From IMG/VR virus record IMGVR_UViG_3300034357_000936, positions 1 through 57,761 of that record: a DNA stretch of 57,761 nt. One strand, 5' to 3'. The notes under the pieces are model-generated. The model was not told where the DNA came from, searched no databases, and saw only the letters and a list, made by a program, of their open reading frames with translations. The position numbers and the translations under genes are program-made. This DNA comes from a virus (lineage: Duplodnaviria; Caudoviricetes). Positions 8,446 to 16,021 of the stretch are shown piece by piece; the first letter of the stretch is position 1; each line of letters begins with the position of its first letter.

Positions 8446-8645
8446 AGATGTGCCTCCAAAGGCTTTTTGCCCCGCAATCGCGCCATAAGCTATTTACAGA
8501 AACACGAATGATCTTGGCGCAATCGCGCCATAAAGATATTTGAAGAAAACGCTTGTATTCTTTGCTCAATAAGGCTTGGTTGTCTTATTGAATTATTTAA
8601 AGAAAGAATCTTGACAAACACCGAAAACCTGCTAAATTTACCGCC

Positions 8646-9089
8646 ATGAACCTACTGAAAGAAACCATCTCCGTTTTTAATAGTTACAACCTTGTTCCCC
8701 ACAACATCCTTTTTATCGGTTGTGAGGAAACTGGTCACCGCTGTTCTTGGGAACAGTTTCAAACCCTTGCGGATCGCGAATACAATGGCGGTTACGGTTG
8801 TGCGGAGGTTTTGACCGACCTTGTGATTATCTTTGTTGACGGAACGAAGCTCTCCCGTAGTGAATACGATGGTTCTGAGTGGTGGAGCGTCAAAAAGCCC
8901 TTCGTGATGCCAGAAGAAACCAAGGAAATCGATTCTCTTTTTGTTGAGAATTATAATTATCGTTTTCAAGACCTTAAAGAAGATTATTGGAATGATGTTG
9001 CCAGCGATGGAGAAGCCGATGGAGACGCCCTTGCGAGTGCTGGTTTTGGCACGGATGAGGACTATGGGTTCTTTGGTGATGAGTATTGA
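8646..9089 (+). CDS. Phage hypothetical protein with acidic tail (DGDALASAGFGTDEDYG)
   Basis: TTGACA(8611)-16-TAAATT-7-ATG; EYDGSEWW motif. Confidence 0.8.
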   Translation: MNLLKETISVFNSYNLVPHNILFIGCEETGHRCSWEQFQTLADREYNGGYGCAEVLTDLVIIFVDGTKLSRSEYDGSEWWSVKKPFVMPEETKEIDSLFVENYNYRFQDLKEDYWNDVASDGEADGDALASAGFGTDEDYGFFGDEY

Positions 9090-9099
9090 TTTTTAATCG

Positions 9100-9180
9100 T
9101 TGTAAGGTGTTGAGCATCAGCGTCTTACGACGGCGCACCGCCCGTCCCGTCGTAACTCGTTCATTCTTAACGACTTAGCC
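9100..9180. repeat. Double-palindrome element 9 (diverged)
   Basis: Palindromes at 9100 and 9150. Confidence 0.88.
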
Positions 9181-9253
9181 TATACGCAATCGCGCCATAT
9201 AAAATAAAGAAGAAAAGAGTTGAACCTTTCCTTTCTTCTGTTACATTACCTAC

Positions 9254-9439
9254 ATGAACAACGACCTATTCGAAGAAATCGAAAACACCGCTGAATGCCT
9301 TTTCGAAAAAGAAGAAGCAGATCGAGACTACGATACTGTTGCGAAAGAAATCGCTTCGCGCTATCCCGGCGCATCTTGGAGCAGTATTCGTCTTCAACTT
9401 GAATACATCGTTTCCGATATTGAAAACCTCGCCGCCTAA
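9254..9439 (+). CDS. Acidic hypothetical protein
   Basis: TTGAAC(9220)-16-TACATT-6-ATG. Confidence 0.75.
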   Translation: MNNDLFEEIENTAECLFEKEEADRDYDTVAKEIASRYPGASWSSIRLQLEYIVSDIENLAA

Positions 9440-9443
9440 TACC

Positions 9444-9671
9444 ATGCAAACCGAACAAGAAATCAAACTCTCATATCATCGCCTAAAACACGGTAGCCTC
9501 TATGATCGTGGCTCCGCTGATGCATACTACTGGCGTGATGCCGATCCGCACTATTACCCCAACGGAACCTACAATCCTCCCCGCATTGGAAAAGAGGAAT
9601 TGTCCAAAGAACAAATTGAGGAATACATGTTCGCCTATAACAACGAAACCGACAGAAAGGAATACCAATAA
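9444..9671 (+). CDS. Phage hypothetical protein (HGSLYDRGSADAYY motif)
   Basis: Motif recalled from other phage small proteins; operon spacing. Confidence 0.75.
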   Translation: MQTEQEIKLSYHRLKHGSLYDRGSADAYYWRDADPHYYPNGTYNPPRIGKEELSKEQIEEYMFAYNNETDRKEYQ

Positions 9672-9672
9672 C

Positions 9673-9858
9673 ATGGACGAAGACCAGTATATCGAAAGCT
9701 ATTGGGAGGCCGATATGTTTGGCAATCCCTACTTGCAGCCCGATCAAGTAGAAGATGATTCTTTTTATCGAGGTATGGATAGCGAAGAAGAAGAGGCAGA
9801 AGAACAAGAAGAAAGCTATCAAGAAGAATTCGGCTTTTCAGAATACAACGACTATTAA
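9673..9858 (+). CDS. Extremely acidic 61-aa protein
   Basis: 23 D/E versus 1 K/R by hand count. Confidence 0.7.
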   Translation: MDEDQYIESYWEADMFGNPYLQPDQVEDDSFYRGMDSEEEEAEEQEESYQEEFGFSEYNDY

Positions 9859-9861
9859 AAT

Positions 9862-9960
9862 ATGATATACGAAGATCCTAGCTTGCTTATAAACATTATT
9901 GCAGGAATTTGTGGGGCCGTTTTGATTGTTTGTTTGTTGATTGGTCAATACGGTCATTGA
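9862..9960 (+). CDS. 32-aa single-TM peptide
   Basis: MIYEDPSLLINIIAGICGAVLIVCLLIGQYGH; stop just before element 10. Confidence 0.55.
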   Translation: MIYEDPSLLINIIAGICGAVLIVCLLIGQYGH

Positions 9961-9970
9961 ATTAAAAGCT

Positions 9971-10051
9971 TCGTAACTCGTTGATCGTTAACGACTTACG
10001 GGGCGCGGCCCCGCCGCCTGTCGTAACTCCTTGATAATCAACGACTTAGCC
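9971..10051. repeat. Double-palindrome element 10
   Basis: Palindromes at 9971 and 10021. Confidence 0.95.
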
Positions 10052-10159
10052 CATACGCAATCGCGCCATGTAAAATAAAGAAGAAAGGGGTTGCATTCCC
10101 CCAAAAATGCATTACATTACTCTTGTCGAAAGGATAAACAAATAACCGAAAGACTAAAT

Positions 10160-10417
10160 ATGAAAGACCAATTAGATGCTACTGACAAACTGTATGTTGC
10201 CGCCCGAATCATCAATGGCGAGGAAGCCATTGCCGAATTCAATTACGAAGACAAATTCGGATGCATTACGCATCGTCGCGTAAAGGTTGATTCGGTAGTT
10301 ACCGACAACCACGGGAACTTCATCTGGTATAACTATTCGGATGGAGGTGGTCACGGTGGTGGTCATCGCGCCTTCAATGCTGAACGTATCAACGGATTCC
10401 GCTTTGTTCGCAAGTAA
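10160..10417 (+). CDS. Stand-alone WYL-like domain protein
   Basis: FNYEDKFGCITHRRVKV...HRAFNAERI fits the WYL pattern FxY-x4-G-x2-TxRxV...RxF-x2-(D/E)RI. Confidence 0.6.
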   Translation: MKDQLDATDKLYVAARIINGEEAIAEFNYEDKFGCITHRRVKVDSVVTDNHGNFIWYNYSDGGGHGGGHRAFNAERINGFRFVRK

Positions 10418-10474
10418 TGGGTAAAGGGGCGCGGTCTCACATTATGTGACGCCGCGCCCCAACTGTTTCATATA

Positions 10475-10840
10475 ATGAAAAAACGAGTTTACTTTAATCT
10501 GCACAAACGCCTTTTCTCTGTTCAAGAGAAGGTGAATGGTCAATGGAAGGTTGTCGGTCACACTGATGACATCACTCTTTACAATGTTACCTTTAAGGTA
10601 AGCGAGGCAGGGCGGCAAAGGGTTCTTAGAGAAAAGAAGAAGAATGTTCATGCTTTTGTTGAGGGAACTCTTTCCCCTTCTCCTCTTCAGTGCCACAGTC
10701 CACTAACCATTCGATACAATCCCTACAAGTGTGGATCGTTTACCTCTGGAGAATTCAACGTCAAGGAGGCGGGATCGGTTCGCCTTTCAAAGATCGATGG
10801 CAAGCCAACTATACAAGCCGATTTCTTTTATACAGCATGA
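10475..10840 (+). CDS. Conserved phage hypothetical protein
   Basis: VYFNLHK...KVSEAGRQRVLREKKKNVHAFVEG. Confidence 0.8.
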   Translation: MKKRVYFNLHKRLFSVQEKVNGQWKVVGHTDDITLYNVTFKVSEAGRQRVLREKKKNVHAFVEGTLSPSPLQCHSPLTIRYNPYKCGSFTSGEFNVKEAGSVRLSKIDGKPTIQADFFYTA

Positions 10841-11139
10841 TCGCAACTATCATTTATCCAAAGGAACTCGCTTTTCCTTTTAGCATTCCCTGTATTGGGG
10901 AATGCAATCAAGCCAATAAGATGAAATTTGCCGAAATGGTAACGGAATGTCTTATGGGCGATGGATGGGAAACGGAAACAGTAGTTTCTAATAACCTAGA
11001 AGTTAGGCCAATGAGATTTGGGGATATGATCCTATTCCCTGATGGAGAGACTTGGGCAGTAGGAAAAGATGATTTCTTTCTTTTAGATAGAAGGAAAATG
11101 ATTGACTTTCAAATCGCGCCAAGCTATTCCTATAACTAA
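10837..11139 (+). CDS. Hypothetical protein
   Basis: ATGA overlap with the previous gene. Confidence 0.7.
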   Translation: MIATIIYPKELAFPFSIPCIGECNQANKMKFAEMVTECLMGDGWETETVVSNNLEVRPMRFGDMILFPDGETWAVGKDDFFLLDRRKMIDFQIAPSYSYN

Positions 11140-11146
11140 ATCTACC

Positions 11147-11227
11147 TCGTAAGTCGTTGAGGTTCAGCGACTTACGGGGCGCGGCCCCGCCGCCCGTCGT
11201 AACTCGTTGACACTTAAGCACTTACAA
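11147..11227. repeat. Double-palindrome element 11
   Basis: Palindromes at 11147 and 11197. Confidence 0.95.
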
Positions 11228-11289
11228 CAAAAGCATTCTTTTCTTTCAAAAGGCTGTTGACATTTACAGAAGGTGTGTTATATTACCCC

Positions 11290-11466
11290 ATGCAGAACAT
11301 CGAAGATCATGCTGGCCGCTTTTGCGGATTCACCACCAAAACTCAAAAGAAAACCCATTGTGCAAAAGTATATCGAATTACTTCGCACTACATCAAGATT
11401 CAAGACCGTAACGACGGCAAGAACTACAAATATAATCGGAATTCTATTTTGGATTGTCGGTTCTAA
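11290..11466 (+). CDS. Hypothetical protein
   Basis: TTGACA(11257)-16-TATATT-5-ATG. Confidence 0.7.
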   Translation: MQNIEDHAGRFCGFTTKTQKKTHCAKVYRITSHYIKIQDRNDGKNYKYNRNSILDCRF

Positions 11467-11544
11467 TTAAAGTTTTCCAACAAAGAGTTTATCCGTTTTG
11501 CTCAGTTGGAATAATATAAACGGAACCTTTTAAATCGCCGCCCG

Positions 11545-11625
11545 TCGTAACTCTTTGATAATCAACAACTTACGACGAGGGCCGGGGCCGCGCCTCATAA
11601 CTCGTTTACTTTCAACGACTTATAT
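11545..11625. repeat. Double-palindrome element 12 (spacer inverted)
   Basis: Palindromes at 11545 and 11595; spacer CGAGGGCCGGGGCCGCGCC is the reverse complement of the consensus. Confidence 0.9.
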
Positions 11626-11716
11626 CATTTTCCTGTTTGGGGCCATTTTCTTAAATAAGAAAAACACTTTTTTGAAGAAAGAGGTTGCATTATTCCAGAA
11701 AGGCATTACATTAACT

Positions 11717-11882
11717 ATGTAACGGATCGCAAGCTATCCGTGAATCACCGATAAATCTCGCGAAGCAAATCTATTAGTAGGGGGAATATCCCGAACAAAA
11801 AACATCCGCAAGGGTTGGAAAATGCCTGTAAGCTGATTAATTATCTGAAACGGTGAGGGTTGGAAAAGATAAACGCCAACAC
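11717..11882 (+). ncRNA. Candidate structured non-coding RNA
   Basis: Own promoter TTGCAT(11685)-16-TACATT, then ATG-TAA; helices ACGGAT/ATCCGT, TCACCG/CGGTGA, GTTGG/CCAAC and two GCAA tetraloops. Confidence 0.5.
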
Positions 11883-11924
11883 AAAATCTATTGACAAACT
11901 TCTATTCTTGCATTACATTACTCC

Positions 11925-12401
11925 ATGCATTACTCCATGACAAAAAACACTCTTCTTCTCTTGGTTGACGAAAGCCCTACTTTTCGTAATTTGATTGCGA
12001 ATGAACTTATCACTAATTTGGATTACCCCATGCCATCCTCAACTATCGTAAGCCTGTTGGAGGAAAGCCGCACGTTCCAAAATTGGGCCATTGATCAGTT
12101 CGACTGCGAAATTACCATCAGCAATAACTTTAAAAACCTCATCGACACCACGCTTAATGCAGTGAAAGATAGTCTGCGCCGTGGGAACAAAATCGAAGCC
12201 ATCAAAGGTTTGCGCGATGCCTCTAAGGACGAGCAAATTCGTAAGGCATTGCTGAAAGAGTTCTTTCATTTCGCCAATGAATATAGACGCAAGGGAGATG
12301 ACATCTCTTATAAAAACTATTACTCAGATACGGAACATTTCACCTTGAAATTCTCACGCGATTTGGTGGAACACATCGAAGATTGTATCGATCCCTTTTA
12401 A
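11925..12401 (+). CDS. Hypothetical protein with bL12 C-terminal-like motif
   Basis: TTGACA(11891)-17-TACATT-5-ATG; GNKIEAIKGLRDAS. Confidence 0.7.
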   Translation: MHYSMTKNTLLLLVDESPTFRNLIANELITNLDYPMPSSTIVSLLEESRTFQNWAIDQFDCEITISNNFKNLIDTTLNAVKDSLRRGNKIEAIKGLRDASKDEQIRKALLKEFFHFANEYRRKGDDISYKNYYSDTEHFTLKFSRDLVEHIEDCIDPF

Positions 12402-12410
12402 TTTCTAACC

Positions 12411-12491
12411 TCGTAACTCGCTTAAAATCAACGAGTTACGGGGCGGGGCGGGGCCGCGAGTCATAACTCGCTCATAATCAACGACTTACGA
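12411..12491. repeat. Double-palindrome element 13 (spacer inverted)
   Basis: Palindromes at 12411 and 12461; spacer GGCGGGGCGGGGCCGCGAG. Confidence 0.92.
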
Positions 12492-12603
12492 CAGAAGCGA
12501 TTCAAGATCCATGCCAACCGCATGGATTTTTTTTGCGATATGGTGTAAAATAAATTGCCTCTTTTCTTTGACATTTAGACGAAGATGGTTTAATGTTGAA
12601 CAT

Positions 12604-12777
12604 ATGAAAGACGAACTCTTCCACAACGAATCCCTCCTTGACATCCTTGACGACATCGCCTCTTTTCGCGGAGACTACCGCTTCGGCAGCAGTCACTCCC
12701 GCTTTGATCGCGAACGCGACGAGCAGGAAGATGATCAGGAAAATACCGAATCTGATCACTTTTCTTTTGACAAATAA
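12604..12777 (+). CDS. Acidic hypothetical protein
   Basis: TTGACA(12568)-17-TAATGT-7-ATG. Confidence 0.65.
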   Translation: MKDELFHNESLLDILDDIASFRGDYRFGSSHSRFDRERDEQEDDQENTESDHFSFDK

Positions 12778-12839
12778 GATAAATCGTGATACATTACCTC
12801 TCGTTAAAGAACCAAAACAAACCTAACTAAAAAAAACAT

Positions 12840-13835
12840 ATGATCGTTATCGGAAAAAACCACGTTACCGCTGAACAACTCTTGAACGTTGTCACTCCTC
12901 CAGAAACTGAGTCCTTCAAGCCTCTCCCTCACCACATTTTGGTGGAATACACTCGCGAAGCTTTGAACGATGCTGGTTTCCAGATCGTGGAAGAGGACCA
13001 CGTTGTCGCCAAGGACGGTTTGCGCTACTTCGGCGGATTCGCCCTGTCTCACACTTCCCTTTCTGGTGATCGTCGCCAGATCGTTTGCGGTGTTCGCAAT
13101 GCCAACGACAAGTCTTTTCCTGCTGCCATTTGTATCGGCAACCGCATGATGGTTTGCGAAAACCTTTGCTTCTCTTCTGAAGAAAAGCTTACTCGCCGCC
13201 ACACCAAAAATATCATGCGCGACCTTCGCGGCGTGATCGTTTGCGCGATCACTCGTTTGATCAAGGCATGGAATGACATGGAGACCCGTATCAAGGCTTA
13301 CGAGAACGTCACTCTTGACGAACAGCAAGCCGCGCACCTGTTGCTTGGTTTGATCGACAATAATGGTCTTCCCGCCCGTGACTTCTACAATACGATTCTT
13401 TGCTGGCGCAATCCCGAAAATGCCGCAACGGACATTGTCGAGCGTAATACTTTCATCATCGAACAGGAAGACGGTTTCGGGTTTGATGAGGAAGGCTATC
13501 AGCAAGCCCTTGCTGCCAAGCAAGCCGAACTGATCGCGGAATTCGGCGGTGATACTTTGTGGGGTCTTTACAATGCGGTGACTCACGTTCTCAAGGGTTC
13601 CTGCCTTGACAAACTCCCACAACGCACGATGAACATGCAAGCCCTGTTTGACGGGTTCGCGGGAGTCGTCGTCTCCGTTGGCGAGGCGATCAACACGGCG
13701 GGTCTTGACGAAAACGATCAAGAGACCGACGAGGCGCGAGGTGAGTTTATCGAAACCTTCGGTGAGGTTGTCGAAGAGGTTGTCGAGGATTCTGACTCTA
13801 ACATTGACACCATCGCGATGCTGATCGAACGCTAA
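12840..13835 (+). CDS. DUF932-family protein with acidic C-terminus
   Basis: TESFKPLPH, RYFGG, GVRNANDKSF, VCENLCFS, RRHT, LWGLYNAVT. Confidence 0.8.
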   Translation: MIVIGKNHVTAEQLLNVVTPPETESFKPLPHHILVEYTREALNDAGFQIVEEDHVVAKDGLRYFGGFALSHTSLSGDRRQIVCGVRNANDKSFPAAICIGNRMMVCENLCFSSEEKLTRRHTKNIMRDLRGVIVCAITRLIKAWNDMETRIKAYENVTLDEQQAAHLLLGLIDNNGLPARDFYNTILCWRNPENAATDIVERNTFIIEQEDGFGFDEEGYQQALAAKQAELIAEFGGDTLWGLYNAVTHVLKGSCLDKLPQRTMNMQALFDGFAGVVVSVGEAINTAGLDENDQETDEARGEFIETFGEVVEEVVEDSDSNIDTIAMLIER

Positions 13836-13861
13836 CAGAACCACAACTTGGGAAGCTCGGG

Positions 13862-13890
13862 AGGGGAGGCGAAAGCCTCCCCTTTTCTTT
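13862..13890 (+). terminator. Intrinsic terminator
   Basis: AGGGGAGGC-GAAA-GCCTCCCCT plus T-run. Confidence 0.85.
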
Positions 13891-13907
13891 TGCTGCAACA
13901 ACTTAAG

Positions 13908-13988
13908 TCATAACTCGTTGAACGTCAACGAGTTACGAGGGCGCGGCCCCCCGCCCGTCGTAAGTCCCTGAGAATCAACGACTTACGA
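13908..13988. repeat. Double-palindrome element 14
   Basis: Palindromes at 13908 and 13958. Confidence 0.95.
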
Positions 13989-14078
13989 AGAAGCCTATTC
14001 AAGATCCATGCCAAGCTTGCAGAAATTCTTTTCTGTTTTTTGTGTTTGACTTCTCCCCTGTTTGCCTTACCTTTACAA

Positions 14079-14267
14079 ATGAAAGAAATCACTGTCGAGA
14101 TAATCAATCAATACGGAGTTGAACGGATTCGCGTTGTCGATCAAAAACTGCGTGAAACAATCACTTCTTTAACTGGAAGAAAAACCATTTTGCAAAGCGA
14201 CATCAAAGCTCTAAAGGAACTTGGCTTTAGCGTTCGCATGAAATCCGTTGAATCGGTCGAGCTTTGA
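14079..14267 (+). CDS. Small phage protein
   Basis: TTGACT(14046)-16-TACCTT-5-ATG; YGVERI...LTGRKT...IKALKELGF. Confidence 0.75.
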   Translation: MKEITVEIINQYGVERIRVVDQKLRETITSLTGRKTILQSDIKALKELGFSVRMKSVESVEL

Positions 14268-14304
14268 CCTTGACAAAACCCAATCCTGTGTTATACTTCT
14301 CACG

Positions 14305-14994
14305 ATGAAACTACTGAACAGCGGAAACGCAAAAACAAAGAAAGGGGAAGCTGTGGGTTGGAAAACCTTCGGAATCCATCTCGCCCCATCGCGCCTGTCT
14401 GGCTTTAACACTTGCCAACATGCGACGGTTGGTTGTGCTGCCTCTTGCCTTAATACGGCTGGAAGAGGCGCAATGTCGAGCGTCCAAAAGGCAAGGATTA
14501 ATAAAACCCTTTTCTTCTTTAAAAACAAAGAAGGATTCCTCGCTGAACTTCGAAAAGAAATTCGGGCCGCTATCAAATCTAGCGAGCGGCAAGGGTTGAA
14601 TCCATGTTTTAGGCTTAACCTCACTTCGGACATTCCCTTTCACAAGTTTGGAATCATGGAAGAATTTCCAGAGGTGCAATTTTATGATTACACCAAGGAT
14701 TATAAAAGGGCGCTACAATACATGCATGGCGAACTGCCGAAAAACTACCATCTGACTTTCTCCCGCGCCGAATCGGAAGAGAATCAACAGCAAGCCAAAT
14801 CCCTTCTTTCTATGGGAATGAATGTTGCGGCTGTGTTTCGCGAATACATTCCAGCAACGTGGAACGGGTTTAACGTTGTTGACGGTGATGAAAATGACTT
14901 GCGGTTTCTTGATCCGCAAGGCGTGATTGTCGGATTGGTTGAGAAGGGAAAAGCTAAACAAGATTCCTCTGGCTTTGTCCTTTCTCCCGCATGA
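14305..14994 (+). CDS. Gp88-like Cys-cluster (radical-SAM-like) phage protein
   Basis: TTGACA(14270)-16-TATACT-7-ATG; NTCQHATVGCAASCL, RLNLTSDI, FYDYTK, DLRFLD. Confidence 0.75.
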   Translation: MKLLNSGNAKTKKGEAVGWKTFGIHLAPSRLSGFNTCQHATVGCAASCLNTAGRGAMSSVQKARINKTLFFFKNKEGFLAELRKEIRAAIKSSERQGLNPCFRLNLTSDIPFHKFGIMEEFPEVQFYDYTKDYKRALQYMHGELPKNYHLTFSRAESEENQQQAKSLLSMGMNVAAVFREYIPATWNGFNVVDGDENDLRFLDPQGVIVGLVEKGKAKQDSSGFVLSPA

Positions 14995-15058
14995 ATGAAC
15001 TCATAATTTTACTTGCTTTTTGCGTCTTAGGGTATATGGTGTCAAAAAACTAAGCAAC

Positions 15059-15134
15059 GGGGCGGTAGTCCAATGGCAGAGACAGGAGACTTAAAATCTC
15101 TACAGTATGGGTTCGAATCCCATTCGCCCTACCA
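15059..15134 (+). tRNA. tRNA-Leu(TAA), short variable loop
   Basis: GGAGA-CTTAAAA-TCTCT anticodon arm, GGTTCGAATCC, encoded CCA. Confidence 0.85.
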
Positions 15135-15143
15135 ATTTTTAAA

Positions 15144-15220
15144 GCACCCTTAGCTCAATCGGATAGAGCAACGGATTTCTAATCCGTAGGTTACAGGTTC
15201 GAATCCTGTAGGGTGTGCCA
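15144..15220 (+). tRNA. tRNA-Arg(TCT)
   Basis: ACGGA-TTTCTAA-TCCGT, canonical cloverleaf, encoded CCA. Confidence 0.93.
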
Positions 15221-15241
15221 CTCTTAACAGAAAAAAAACAA

Positions 15242-15400
15242 ATGAACTATTCTAATAAATTCTGTTTTATTCAAAAGAAAGAAGAAGCATGGATTGTTTC
15301 CATGTATCAACGCGAAGGCAACGAGGCCAAACTAATTAAAGAGATTGCCACCTCTTCGGAAGGGGAAGCCCGTAAAGCTCAAAAAGAATTCTTTCAATAA
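15242..15400 (+). CDS. 52-aa hypothetical protein
   Basis: ORF between tRNAs. Confidence 0.55.
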   Translation: MNYSNKFCFIQKKEEAWIVSMYQREGNEAKLIKEIATSSEGEARKAQKEFFQ

Positions 15401-15415
15401 AAAACGCCTTTTAAA

Positions 15416-15490
15416 TGGCGCGTAGCTCACACTGGTGAGAGCATCCGCCTTATAAGCGGGAGGTTGCGGGTTCAATTCCCGCCGCGCCAA
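15416..15490 (+). tRNA. tRNA-Ile(TAT)
   Basis: TGGCGCG/CGCGCCA acceptor, TCCGC-CTTATAA-GCGGG, GGTTCAATTCC. Confidence 0.88.
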
Positions 15491-15506
15491 CCTTTTCAGA
15501 AAAGAT

Positions 15507-15587
15507 TCATAACTCCTTGAGTATCAACGAGTTACGAGGGGGCGGCCCCGCCCCCGTCGTAAGTCCTTCAAAATAAACGACTTACGA
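15507..15587. repeat. Double-palindrome element 15 (point of convergent transcription)
   Basis: Palindromes at 15507 and 15557. Confidence 0.93.
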
Positions 15588-15596
15588 AGCGGGAGT

Positions 15597-15782
15597 TTAA
15601 TAGTCTATGTCTGCGTCAACTTCGGGATGCATTTGGCCCGAATAATGAATAGGACATTCCTGCCAATAATCGAAAGGATTACAAATCCAGCCATTACTAC
15701 AAGGGCATTCCTTTCCATCTTCAAGAGCCGCGTGAGCAACCTGACTTGGATAGGCTAAAATTAGATCTTGAAAATCATTCAT
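15597..15782 (-). CDS. Small Cys-rich protein
   Basis: CPCSNGWIC...ECPIH...HPE. Confidence 0.65.
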   Translation of the reverse strand: MNDFQDLILAYPSQVAHAALEDGKECPCSNGWICNPFDYWQECPIHYSGQMHPEVDADIDY

Positions 15783-16021
15783 GCTTTAATATAACTGAAT
15801 TCGCTAAAAAGAGCAACAAAAAGTTCATCTCTTTCATTAAGATAGTCGTTAACTTCAACATCTTTGCCACGATACTTTTCGTGAAGATAATCGCGAGCAA
15901 TTTCTGTCAGATAGCCATTAACGTTTCCTTCTGGAATTCTGCCAGCATCGACAAGTTCCTTTAGCGTCAAGCCCGTCCAATTAAATGGGGCATCAAGAAG
16001 TTTTTTGGCAATTTCTTTCAT
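15779..16021 (-). CDS. Hypothetical protein
   Basis: MKEIAKKLL..., overlaps both neighbours. Confidence 0.65.
   Translation of the reverse strand: MKEIAKKLLDAPFNWTGLTLKELVDAGRIPEGNVNGYLTEIARDYLHEKYRGKDVEVNDYLNERDELFVALFSEFSYIKA

Noticed and set aside
1745-10068. CGCAATCGCGCCA box as a sigma54 promoter
   Set aside because: The reverse strand has TGGCGCG, but TTGC is 3 bp too close for -24/-12 spacing.
12804-13901. 365-aa minus-strand ORF
   Set aside because: Antisense shadow of the DUF932 gene; no motifs.
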